The translations under genes and the position numbers were made by a program. Below, one piece after another: positions 1-12,205 of a stretch of DNA of 64,000 nt (the first letter of the stretch is position 1; every line of letters begins with the position of its first letter). The notes under the pieces are model-generated. The model saw only the letters and a program-made list of their open reading frames with translations, was not told where the DNA came from and did no database searches. This stretch comes from the human T2T-CHM13v2.0 reference genome, Homo sapiens: assembly GCF_009914755.1 (NCBI RefSeq), contig NC_060929.1; one strand, written 5' to 3'.

Positions 1-276
<276 letters not shown>

Positions 277-334
277 TTAGCATAGGGCATATATTCCAAA
301 TAACTGTAACACTATGACAGTATTGTGATAATAT

Positions 335-625
335 TTTCTTCCTTCCTTCCTCCTTCCTTCCTTCTTTCCTTTCTCCCTTCCTTCCTCCCTTCCCTCCCTC
401 CCTCTTTTCCTTCCTTCCTTCCTTTCTTCCCTTTATTTTTTCTTACTTCCTTCCTTTCTTTTTTCCTTCCTTCCTTTCTTTTTCCTTCTTTTCTTCCTTC
501 CTTCCTTTCTTTTTTCCTTCCTTCTTCCTTCTTTTCCTTCCTCCCTCCCTCCCTCCCTTCCTTTTTCCCTTCCTCCCTTCCCTCCTTCCTTTTCTCTCCA
601 TTTCCTCTTTTCTCCCTTTCTCTTT
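335..625. repeat. (TTCC)n/(CTTT)n polypyrimidine low-complexity tract
   Basis: About 290 bp almost entirely C/T; explains spurious ORFs 312..647 and 325..684. Confidence 0.95.
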
Positions 626-1979
626 TAATTTTCAAAAGTATTGCCACATTTTACTACAATTTCCTTTCCCTGAAGCTTCAGTAAAGTATTGAATGGCAAA
701 TCACAACACCTGAAAAGTTCTTTCCTTTGATGTTTGTTGATGTTTGGCGGTTTCCTGACAGGAACATGCCAAGAACAGGTATCAAAACAATCCAGAAAGA
801 AGACATTGATCTGCAATTTTGATGATTAGAGAATCTGGTATCAACAAGAAGTGTGTAGTTATGATCTCTGAAAATAAGTCCCTTGCTATGTTCCTTATGC
901 ATTATTTAAGCTACAGTACATGGCTGTGATGAATGCAGTGTGAGAACTCCATTTCTAAGCATAATAAATAGAAATCAGATGCAATCACTCATGATACTTC
1001 ACAGAATTGTGCTGAGAGCATGTTTACCCAGTGATGTTCTACTGAGCAATTTTGTTTGAGACAGTAGAATTTTCATTATTAAAAGACTTTAGATTCTGGA
1101 TCATTTTGTATTTATGCTGTTTACAATAATAATGGGTATGATCATTAAGGTACTTTGCAAGTGACATTAATTTTATTACTCCTCTCCAGGTTAAATTTGA
1201 CATTAAGGTTTTCAGCCTGTGTAGTTAATGTATAGCTCTCTGGTTTTCTTTTTTATATGTGTTCTTTGCAAAATCTTTGGGGTTTACACTGGAGGAATAA
1301 TATGATATTTACTTACATAGTGAGTGTATTTCTATAATTTAGAGCTGAGAGAAGCAAATTTTAGCCTTTCATTTTCCTTTCTCCACCCAGAGATTTCTAC
1401 TTTCATATCCATAAATAAATAACAGAATGCTTGAGACACCCTATGGTATTATAATGGTAAATATTTATATCATAAAACAAAAAGCATTTCCTCTCTAAAG
1501 GAAACTCTCTACAGGGGACATACGGAGCAGCTTTTTAAAATCTGAAATTTAAGAACCTCATGGTCAGTTTCAAAGAGTAAATAAAATGTGTTTAGGAATA
1601 AAAGTCATTTCTTTCCTCCCACTTCATAGTTAACTGATTTTAGAATTGGAAAAAATTGAATATCAGTATTTTTAGACTGCTAAAACAAAATTAGATTTCT
1701 AGAATATGACATGTTTTATGCCAAATAAATTTGCAAATTAAATAAGACCTGGAAAACAAATGGGCTAATGAGACTTCAAGTAAAGCACTGAAAAAAAAAA
1801 TGCTTTCTAACTTAACAAAAACAAAAGTTCTTATTTTCACTTTTTAAATTCCTCTTCCTACGAAGTGTACCATTTTGTCATTGGTTAAGGAGCATAAAAT
1901 AACCCAGAAATATGTGAATCATGATTTAGAATCTTGATAAGGAAAATGTTTAGAGTAAGTAAAAAAAATAACAAATATA

Positions 1980-2095
1980 ATGTGTATATATATCTATATA
2001 TACACACACATATATTTCTATGTATACATGCATGTAGTTATATATAGGCACATACATAATACATGTTTTATATGTATATAAACACATATACATTA
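1980..2095. repeat. Degenerate (TA)n/(CA)n low-complexity repeat
   Basis: TGTGTATATATATCTATATATACACACACATATA... pattern. Confidence 0.7.
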
Positions 2096-2936
2096 TATTT
2101 TAGAATTGATATAGCTTCCAATTCTCAATTCCTTATACAAAGACTATTTCAGCTTCTTTTCTTCAGAACATTTTCAATGTTAATACTGTTAAAGTTTTAT
2201 ATAAAATATAAACTTTCTATATAAAATGTTTTGGTGCTGCTGACATTTAACAGAGAACATTTCCAGTATGAAAATTAGTTGAAATATTGGGCTCCAAGTC
2301 AAATTTGTGTCTTAGTGCATAGTTCTGTGAGTATACATACCTTTTTACAAATAAATGCATTTAAAATATATATGTTGTCAATGATAAAATGAGGCTACAA
2401 TAAATTTAAAAATCAAACCCTAATTTTATGTATTTGTGTGTAATTTATGTATTAAGAGAGAGAAGTATGAAATATAGAAAAAGGATAAAAGTGTGAGTGG
2501 GTGAAAAGAAAGACAGGATCCAGCATGTAAGTCCTATAATTGGAAGAAGAGAAACATAATCTTTTTGAACTTAAAAATAGTTTCAGTTTAAAATATGGCA
2601 AAAGTTTCTTATGTTTTTATCATCTCTAACATAGATCAATTTTTCACTTGCATGAATAATTTGAATGATCTGCTTGAGGAATAGTTTGACTAGTATAAAA
2701 AAAGTTCTGAAAACTTAATTTTAAAAAATTCAATGACTTCTCTGAAGTTGTTAATGGGGCATGACAATACAAGGTTGAGAATCGGCATGCATTTACTAGC
2801 CTTGCTTGTGTAATTTCCAACTCACTGATTCCTAGTAAAGAAAATAAGGTTTAGGAAATTTTAGAATATTTGATATATTTTTTAAATTAAAATCTGACAT
2901 AAATCTCTTGTAGTGATGTTGAGTACATTTAAAGTA

Positions 2937-3015
2937 TTAGGTTGGTGCAGAAGTAATTGCAGTGTTTTCATTAAAAGCAATAACAAAAATTGCAATTATT
3001 TTTGCACCAACCAAA
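2937..3015. mobile_element. MADE1 (Hsmar1-derived mariner MITE)
   Basis: TTAGGTTGGTGCAGAAGTAATTGC ... GCAATTATTTTTGCACCAACCAAA, ~80-bp palindrome flanked by TA at 2935-2936 and 3016-3017. Confidence 0.92.
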
Positions 3016-3983
3016 TATAAATCAGTATGATAGGTCCAAAAGTACTTTAAAATATAAACACTGAATGAATACCCATCACTAAACTATTTCTGTGGATAGA
3101 AACTTACATCGTTTAAAAACATTTCTTCCCAGGTGGCTGCACTGAAAAAAAAAATAATTTTTTTCTTCTATCTGAGTTAAAATATCTGGACAAAGATGTG
3201 ATGCTAGGGCAAATAGCAAAATTAAAATTGGTTTAGCTATTTTGACTTTGATATCTGTATAATAAAAAAAATGTTACTTAAGAATCTCCTTCTACAGTTT
3301 ATAGCTAGAGATGCCTGCCTAGCTACAGTGAACAATCCTTCATGATACAAGTATATAGATATCTGATCTCTTTAAAAGGAATGTATAAAAACACACTAAG
3401 TGCTGTATTTTACATTAAATGTTCAGATTTAGAATTATAGTAGCTTTTGATGTTATCTAAAGTCTACAAGATTTACTATGAGTCTTAGGCCAAGACATTT
3501 TAATAGGGTTTAAGGCCAGAAATCTATCCTATTTGAATATATATTTAGTTTGACAGTAAAAACCATAAAAAAATCCACACATCTGACCTTATGTCATGTC
3601 AAATACACCTAACCTGATGAATTTCCTGCAAAAACATGGGCATGATGCTATGTATATACTTTCTCCTCTTATCAAGGTCGTAATCATCCTTTAAAACTAA
3701 TCTTAAAATCACAATTTATGCAAACTTTACCTTAACGTCCCAGAGTTTATTAATGACTTCTATGAGTTGACATAGCCTTCTGTCTACCTCTAGTATAACA
3801 CTTGAGCAATATTGTAATTTATTTGATTTCAATAACTGCCTTTTCACCAGAGAGTTAGTTTCTTAGATAGAGTATCTTGCAGTTGGTGGGTACTCCAATT
3901 TGGCAAATATATAAATGAATGATATAGGTCATGAACAGATGTTAGGTGAACCACTCATTCTGTCCATTTAAGAAGTGGCTCCT

Positions 3984-4280
3984 GGCCGGGCGCAGTGGCT
4001 CACACCTGTAATCCCAGCACTTTGGGAGGCCGAGGCAGGTGGACCATGAGGTCAGGAGATCGAGGCCATCCTGGCTAACACGGTGAAACCCCGTCTCTAC
4101 TAAAAACACAAAAAATTAGCTGAGCATCGTGGCGGGCGCCTGTAGTCCCAGCTGCTTGGGAGGCTGAGGCAGGAGAATGGCGTGAACCCAGGAGGCGGAG
4201 CTTGCAGTGAGCCGAGATTGCACCACACTGCACTCCAGCCTGGGCGACAGAGCGAGACTCTGTCTCAAAAAAAATAAAAA
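3984..4280 (+). mobile_element. AluY, full length
   Basis: GGCCGGGCGCAGTGGCTCA start; Y diagnostics GAGATCGAG..ATCCTGGCTAACACGG, GAATGGCGTGAACC, GAGCTTGCAG; TSD AGAAGTGGCTCCT (3971-3983) / AGAAGTGTATCCT (4281-4293). Confidence 0.96.
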
Positions 4281-4411
4281 AGAAGTGTATCCTTCAGCAC
4301 TGAAATTCATGTTAAAGGGCCTGTGATCTCATTAAAGCACAGGGTCAATAAATTATGATACATGCCCTAATAACCCAAAGTGTGCTCATCCTGAACCACC
4401 CTGTGCTTTAC

Positions 4412-5265
4412 TTTTTATTTTATTTATTTTTATTTAAAATTCTTTGTATTTAGTATGTTTTGTTGTGTATATTTTAGGTTTACAACATGATGCTATAGAA
4501 TACCTACAGAGAGTAAAATAGTTACTATACAAGTTAAAATATCTAGTATCTCACATAATGACCTTTTGTGTGACAAAAGCAGCTAAAATGTACTTATTTA
4601 ACAAAAGTCTCCAGTATACAGTTTTATTAACCATCGTTCTTATATTAGATTTCTAGTCTTGTTCCATCTACACATCTGTTTTTTGTATCCTTTGAGCTCC
4701 ATCTCCCCATTTCCTCCCCACTTCTTCCCCAACCCCTGATAACCAGAGTTTAATTCTCTCACTGTATATATTTGACTTATTTTTTAAAATATTCCACATA
4801 TAAGTAATATCATGCAATATTCTTTTTGTGCCTGGCTTATTTCACTTAGCATGATGTCTTTCAAATTCATTCATGTTGTGGCAAATGACAGGATCTCCTT
4901 TTTTAAGGCTGAATAATATGCCACTGTATGCATACACCACGTTTTCTTTATGTATTTGTCCATCGATGGACACTGTTTATTTCTGTACCTTGGCTATTTT
5001 GAATAATGCTGCCATGAGCAAGGGAGTACAGATATTTTTACAAGAGGGTATTTCATCTCTTTTGGGTACATACCCAGAAGAGGAATTGCTGAGTCATATG
5101 GTAGTTCTAGTTTTAATTTCTTTAGAAACTTTCATATTGTTATTCATAGTGGTTGTACCAATTAACGCTCTCACTAACAGTGTACTAGGGTTCCCTTTTC
5201 TCCACACTGTCACCAATGTCTGTTGTCTCTTGTCTTTTTGATAATGCCATCTTAACGCGCGTGAG
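4412..5265 (-). mobile_element. Old L1 (L1MA/L1MB-like) 3' end
   Basis: T-rich tail at ~4412-4440, then antisense L1 3'UTR/ORF2 end motifs CTGGCTTATTTCACTTAGCATGATG, GGCTGAATAATA, GGAATTGCTGAGTCATATGGTAGTTCT. Confidence 0.85.
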
Positions 5266-7749
5266 GAGAAGGCTCCAAATAAACCAATGAGTGGGACTGC
5301 CAGCGCCAGCCAGAAGAGATCGGCTAGGTGTTTTGTGCTTTCTGCAGTGGTGACACACAGGCTCTTTCCTGGACTCTATAGGACTGAAGCACGGTGGAAG
5401 AATTCTTGAGAGCTTGAAATCTGGGGGAACGTATATGAATATAGAGACTAAAATCTTTTTGTCTGGAAAATTCTGGAAGTCTAAGGCTGCTGGAGTAGTC
5501 CTTAATGGCAAGGAAAAGAAAGAAAGCAGCAAAAGGAGAGCAGTTTACATTCCTACTATATGGTTTTCCACTGGGAAAGTTGAATGGCTTGGAAGGAAGC
5601 CAGGTTTGAGTCATCTTAAAATTACTGAACTCAAAAGAATAACTATCTAGGTAAGGGAACTCTACAGTGAGAGGCGAAAGGAGAATTGCTGGGAACAGGA
5701 GGTGAATGTAGTTGAAAGAGGTCAGTAAAAGAGTGTATTTCATAGAACAGAACCCATAGGACTCTGATGGACCTGCAAATGTGGTTTATAAGAGAGCCTG
5801 CATCAAAACACTTACTACAAAGAGGGCATTTGTGGCCATATTACAATAGCAAGAGTACTGTAAATGTGTGCTTGACACTGTCCCTTATTTCCCTATTTAA
5901 ATAGAATATCAATTTCCAGATTTTTCACCATTCATGCTGCTTGGCATCTGATGTAGTTTAAGAAATGACCAATAGCACATTTTACTAAAACATAAACTAA
6001 GGGCAAGTGTACATTCTAGTTAAAGGTAATAACTTGATATTACTGAGTTGAAGGAAATCAACAATATGGCTATTACTATATGAGGTTCAAACTTTATTAT
6101 ATTGGAATCTTCTCTTTCATATTGGAGCTCAAAACATTTACACAGAATTATGACAGATATAACAGCATAAACCTAACTACTAGGCAATAGTCTGGTGATA
6201 AAAATAGACTATGACATGTAGGGAATAAAATTTCTCCAGGTTTTCACTCAAAAGTATCCTCTGTCTTTAGATAGATTCTATAAGCACAGTTGCAATGTTT
6301 ATGTACCTCACATACAGGAGCCATTTCCAAAAGTGTAATGTATATTACTTCTTTTTGTCAGAGTGATCCAGAACAAAAGAACAGAAATTTTGCTTCCAAA
6401 ATTACTAGTGCACCCTTCACATGGTTTGATTTTTCCCTATTCCTCACTCCCTATTTGTCTTATTTCCCACGCCAGCACTGTGTCACATGTCATTTCATTC
6501 TTCAGTTGCCCCTTTTCTTTATGCTGTTTTGGAGCTGCTCAGCCCAGGAGTATGAGTTGTTACCTTCCCTGCCTTCTCTATGTTCAAGTTCCACATTCTC
6601 CATTATACCTCTCGACATGGCCTCACCTGCCATGGATTTCTGCCCTCTGTCAGAGCATGGACTAAAATGCTCATAACAATACACTGTGCTTACACCTGAA
6701 TAAAGCCTGATTTGACTCCAAGGAATATGGTAACACTCAAAGAGGCACAAAAAAGTCATTTCAAACTCAATGAAAAATTACACTTCTGCATTAAGAGGAT
6801 TTTTTTAACTGCCAAAGATGATGCCATTTTGTCTCCTGAATAAGAAACTGGAGGGTGTTGAAATTGATAACATATTTATAACATAGTATTGCATGTGGCA
6901 TTTACAACACAATTATTTCCTTCATCTCATTAAGAAAAGATTATTTAAGCTGAAGGATATTTTAGGGCATCAGCTCTCTCTTCTGTTTAATTTTAAATGA
7001 GACATGTTCTGATGATGTTTTTTCCTTCTTTAAAGAAAAATGTTTGGTGAATAAGCAGGGTTGAGTTTAGTTCTAAAAAGAAGGAATGGAATAATACTGC
7101 CGACTAATTTTAGTTGGGATGAAGAATACACAAAGTCATTCTAAATTATTAGACTGTAAGGAATATTTCAAAGAACAATATTAGGGCTTAGCTCCAAATT
7201 TTTGGAGGGTAAAATTGTTCAATTGAATAAACAGATTGATATATTAATTATGGAAAATTATAAGAAAAAATTTAAGGCTTTCATTATTTTTGTGAATGTA
7301 AATTCATCATAATTAATATAAGTAAAATTGAAACTCAAGTTAAATAAGATAATTAGAAAACAATAGAAAAGAAGAAACTTATTCTCTTTATTTGGTAAGA
7401 TTGGAGCTGAGGATTAGAAGGAAGAAAATGAGTAAGTAAAATGTGAGGATTTTATGTAAAAAGAATGGCCAATAGATATCCCAGAATAAATTATGATTAC
7501 ATAAATTCACTAATTTTATAATGTAAGAATAATGAAAAGAGATAGGGAAATTCAAGTTATATATATTCTCTGTTGACTCCAAAATATCAGACAGAAGAAT
7601 AAAACCTGAGAAATGGTTAATCATCTGATACAATCCTTCTTATAGTGTTATAATACTGGAATACATAATAGACCATTATCAATAATATTCATACCTTTGT
7701 CTCCAAGCGTGTTTTTTATCCTCCAACAGTTGCAAATATTTCATGGTAA

Positions 7750-9250
7750 AATGTATGTAACTCGATTGGTGTGACATATTACGATTTTTGTCTTGCTGGG
7801 TCCTTGATATTTTCATAGTCATATAAATATTCAGGAGCTTTGGGACAGTTAAGTTACTTAGAGGCAGTTTGATCCTTTGACATTTTGCTTTTAAAATTTG
7901 TTGGATAGGACGAGGACAGTGCTTAATCTGAGCTAATTGTTCTCCACTGCAGAGGCCAAACCTCTTGTATATTCCACCAAATGCCTGTGAATCATGAGGT
8001 TTTCCAGTCTGTGTGAGGGTCTGGCACTGTTACCTATAATCCTTCGGGTAGTCTATCCCTTGCCTGGGGTGATTTTCTGACATACATGATCTGCTCAGTA
8101 CTCACCTGTACTAGATGGATACCCTTTGCAGATCTCCAGAGTAAAGCTCTTTCTCTTGTCCTCTGACTCGCAAACTCTTGTTGATATGGGAGGGGTAGCG
8201 ACGGGCGGGATCCCTGGCGAGGGCTCCACCCTCGGGCCTGTGCCCACAGACCTAAGTGAGGACAGGCACTCCTATCTTTGTGCCCAAATATTTCATTTTC
8301 CAAGACCACTCTGGCCTGCCACGTGCTTTATCCCATACCTCTAAAAATCCCGAGACCCTAGCAGGCACACATACAAGCGGTTGGAAGTCGAGAGGAACAC
8401 ACCAGCAGAAGAGCACACCGACAGACACCGGCAGGCCGTTGACGGCGGAATGAGGTGGAAGTCGAGGGGAATTAGGCCAGGGGTGGTCGGAGGAGAGCCC
8501 AGCCGCCAAGCGGCCTGACTCCAGGGGAAGACCACCTTCCCACTCCATCCCTCTTCTGGCTCCCCATCCATCTGCTGAGAGCTGCTTCCACCACTCAATA
8601 AAACCTTCTCCAGTCAATAAAACTCATTCTCTAAGCCCACATGTGATCTGATTTTTCCGGAACACTAGGGGAACAACCCTGGGATACAGAAAGCCCTCTG
8701 TCCTTCCAATAAGGCAGAGGGTCTAATTGAGCTGATTGACACAAGATACCTGCAGACGGCTAAGCTGAAAGAACACATTGTAACACACTCCCACTGGGGC
8801 TGCAGGAGCTGTAAACACTCAATCCCAGATGCCACTGTGGGGTCGGAGTCCCAGGACCTGCCCATCTGCGTGCTCCCTCCAGGAGTCTGAGCAACAGGGC
8901 ACCAAAAAAGCCAGCCACACCCCCATAGCATGCCCTGCTATGGGTGATAAGGGAAAACTCTTCCCGTTTCATGTTTCATTGTTGCTTGGACTCCCTGGAT
9001 GCTCAGCTCTGTCTCAACCAATGGAGCCTACGAGGCTCCGCCTAGGTTTCTTCTCCCAGTGCTATATCCTGGAAACTTTTTCACAGTCGGGGCATATCAT
9101 TGCTAGGAGGACGATAGGACTCACCTGGCTTGTTTATTGTCGTTCAGGGCTCACCATCCTTAATTACCCGATGTCAAGTATTTTAAAAAACTATTGTTTT
9201 ATATAATTTGTACATATTTTAGTTACTTCGGGCAGTAAATCTTGTGCCTA
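7750..9250 (-). mobile_element. Ancient L1M 5'-region fragment, interrupted by an LTR at 8182-8978
   Basis: GGGACAGTTAAGTTACTT, CCCTTTGCAGATCTCCAGAG...GCAAACTCT continuing after the LTR as TGCTTGGACTCCCTGGATGCTCAGCTCTGTCTC; resembles L1MC/MD/ME 5' ends; boundaries approximate. Confidence 0.5.
8182..8978 (+). mobile_element. Solo LTR, LTR1 family (ERV1)
   Basis: Begins TGATATGGGAGGGG, contains CCCTGGCGAGGGCTCCACCCTCGGGCCTGTGCCC, AATAAA at ~8597 and ~8616, ends CCCGTTTCA(TGTTTCA); 4-bp TSD TTGT (8178-8181 / 8979-8982); GC-rich island in AT-rich DNA. Confidence 0.8.
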
Positions 9251-9821
9251 TTGCTCCATCTCATCTGGAAGTGGTAGACAATTTTTATGAAATGTTAATT
9301 ATCCCTTTAGTTTCCACCTTTCCACACAAACCTGGTACATTTTGCCAAAAGGAAAAAATAAAGGACACACTCATACCCAAAGTTCTTCACTTATTCTAAT
9401 TAGGCAACTTCAAAATTACTTTTAGTTATTTTCTGCTACACAAAAACTAGTCCAGACACTCCTTGGGATTAAGTTATGTCCCCACTTGATTAGGTTGACC
9501 AAAGTAAAACCCTAATCGGATTTTTGTTTTGGGTTAGACATGTATGCAGGGTAATTGGAATCAGTAGCTCTTATTGGCAAGCATCCCAGCCCCAATAATC
9601 CACTCATGGCAGGGATAGTATTGATAGTGCAAACTCTACATTTTGACAAAAAGACTGTTTCCCAATAAATCTACATTTTCTGAATGCTAGTAATTTTATT
9701 CTGTTACATTTACTGATGAATCCATGTGTGCTATTGGTTGTGCACACAGAGAATAAACCAGAGAGCTGACTACCCCAAGCTCACACAAAATTAATGGAAA
9801 AGCAAATAAAATAAAAGTTCT

Positions 9822-9970
9822 AGCTGATATTTACTGAGTCTTTATCATGTGCCATGCACTATTTTAACAGTTTACGTGGTGTATTAACTCATTCAATATC
9901 TACAATAACACAGTGAGATATGTAGTATTGCTGCCCGCTTCAAGACGAGAAAACTAAAGCACAGATAAAT
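9822..9970 (-). mobile_element. MIR SINE fragment
   Basis: ATATTTACTGAG...CATGTGCCATGCACTATTTTAA...AACTCATTCAAT...GACGAGAAAACTAAAGCACAGA, antisense MIR core. Confidence 0.75.
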
Positions 9971-10807
9971 TTGTGGTGATTTTATGCATTTGCATATTCA
10001 TCAAATCAAACTTAGGGAGTGAAAAAGAAACGGAACTCACTGATAATTATAAACAAATTGGAAAAATAAGAAAAAGAATTAAGAAGTATTTAAATGACAA
10101 ACCGAATAGATACAAGATGAAATGACAAACAAGTGTAGCAGACAACAAAATTATTAGCATTCAGAAAAATGTAGGTACATTGGGAAACAATATTTTTGTC
10201 AGAGTTAAGAGTTTTCACTATCAATACCATTTCTGCCAATAATTGAGGGTAGAGGGAACTTTTTCTTAGAAGTTTTGGGAAGGGTTGTTGGATAGTTGGG
10301 TAAGAAAAACATGACAAGCATTAGAATAGTATGGAAATAAATCAGAGTGGGTTGGGAATAGAGAATAAAGGACGTTTGTGAGAGCTAGAATGAAAGCATA
10401 ATTGAAAAGGCTTAGTAAGCACATATGGACTGAAATATTTTGGTGGAGAATAACAAGCAAAAGAGAAAAAACAAATCTCAGGTATTTGGAACCTGTGAAT
10501 GACGCTTTAGAATGCTGATGTTTCTAATGGAATTTTTAGGAATGCACTATTTGTGGATTGTAATCACCAGATGGGAGTGTCTTGTAGTAAGTTGATAATG
10601 TTTTGTTAATCAATAGTGATATGACTACTTGAAAATATTAATGTAGTTTCCAAAGACATTTATTTTATAATTTGAGAAAAATTTAGTCACCAGAAGTGTT
10701 TACGGAAAATAATTAGTGATTAACTGTCAAAAGAAAGAGATGATGAATAACATAATTCACAAGGGAACAATATAGCATATACTATTTTTTGCCATTTTAA
10801 AAACTGA

Positions 10808-11102
10808 GCCGGGCACGGTGGCTCACGCCTGTAATCCCAGCACTTTGGGAGGAAGAGGCTGGCGGATCACAAGATCAGGAGATCGAGACCATCCTCGCTA
10901 ACATGGTGAAACCTCGTCTCTACTAAAAATACAAAAAAAATAGCCGGGTGTGGTGGCGGGCACCCGTAGCCCCAGCTACTCAGGCGGCTGAGGCAGGAGA
11001 ATGGCGTGAACCCGGGAGGCGGAGCTTGCAGTGAGCCGAGATTGCGCCTGGGCGACAGAGCGAGACTCCGTCTCAAAAAAAACAAACAAAAAAAAGCAAA
11101 AA
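10808..11102 (+). mobile_element. AluY with 14-bp right-arm deletion
   Basis: GCCGGGCACGGTGGCTCACGCC start, GAGATCGAGACCATCCT, GAATGGCGTGAACCCGGG; A-tail; TSD AAAAACTGA on both sides. Confidence 0.95.
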
Positions 11103-12024
11103 CAAAAAACTGATTTTTAGGCTACAACATGGATTTATGATTTGTGATAACAACTGTTTTACATATATTTTGTGAAACCAAAGATCATTCATTTTATAGA
11201 AGGATAATTACACAGAAAGTCAGAAAGTTATTTACAAGATTTTCAGAAATGTGAACGCACATTAAAAAGCAAAAGTATCATTTTTTCTTGGCGTATAAAA
11301 TTGCTGTTAGATTAACGTCTAGGTTTTATTCCATTATTAAACCTTAATTGTGAATTCTAAAGTATCTGCACATGGTAAAGATATCTAACAGAACATGTAT
11401 TCATGGTATCCTAATTCTCAACAGTAGCAGTTTCAGAAGACCCTGGACTCATCACATAGTATATAATGACTTGATGCTATCATTGGCAGAACTGAATTTT
11501 TTTTGTGTGTTCTGTAATTCAGATGATGAACCTCTTGAGAAAGCTACAGAAAGATAAAGTCAAAAGCTAATTAAGCTAATCACACTTGTAAGATCTATGT
11601 TATTTTTACTTCGGTTTTGGTAGGTTTCTACATATGCTGAATATTTTAATGCTCATTTGTCCTGTTTCTTGAAGGTAACCTGATTCCAAAGCTACTAAAT
11701 TTATAAATTATATAAAAAGTGAAAAATTAATAACTTTTTAGCTCTTTGCCTAGATTGATATTTCTCCAAATTTTATTCTGTACTTTCTGAGTATGACTAA
11801 ATTTTTCAGATTCCATTAACATAATACTGACCCATTGATGAATAACATTAATGTCTATTGATTTTTACATATACTAGTTATAGTTCCCTAATCATTTCCT
11901 TATTATGGACTCTTACTTGTCACTCACATTTTCTTTCTTTTTTTAAATTTTGAGTTTGTTTCTTGGAAAGTGCAAAGTGTTAAACTGATGAAAATTTTTT
12001 TTTTCCTTATTTTATCACCCAAAT

Positions 12025-12205
12025 AAAGCAGTTAAGAGCACTGGCCTTGTAGACAGAAGTCTGGAATTAAATCCTGCCACCAATATTCAGTTGTGTGATC
12101 TTGGGTGGGTTGCTGACCTCTCTGTGCTTCAGTTTCATTATTTGGTAAAATCAAGTTGTAGGAATTATATGTAGCAAACCCAACACAGCACTGATTGCTG
12201 GGCAT
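12025..12205 (+). mobile_element. MIR SINE fragment
   Basis: GTTAAGAGCACTGG...AAATCCTGCCAC...TGTGTGATCTTGGG...ACCTCTCTGTGCTTCAGTTTC. Confidence 0.8.

Noticed and set aside
312-684. ORFs 312..647(-) and 325..684(+) as K/E/R/G-rich or S/F/L/P-rich proteins
   Set aside because: They are translations of the (TTCC)n tract, which simply lacks stop codons.
6290-6759. Overlapping 85-128 aa ORFs in unique DNA
   Set aside because: No recognisable domain and no convincing splice-site pair; compatible with chance.
8937-8946. p53 response element in the LTR1-like element (TAGCATGCCC near the LTR 3' end; position approximate)
   Set aside because: Only one imperfect half-site is present.
11500-11600. Possible cassette exon (..TTCTGTAATTCAG|ATGATG...CTT|GTAAGA)
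   Set aside because: Weak donor, in-frame stops and no partner exons; cannot be supported without transcript data.
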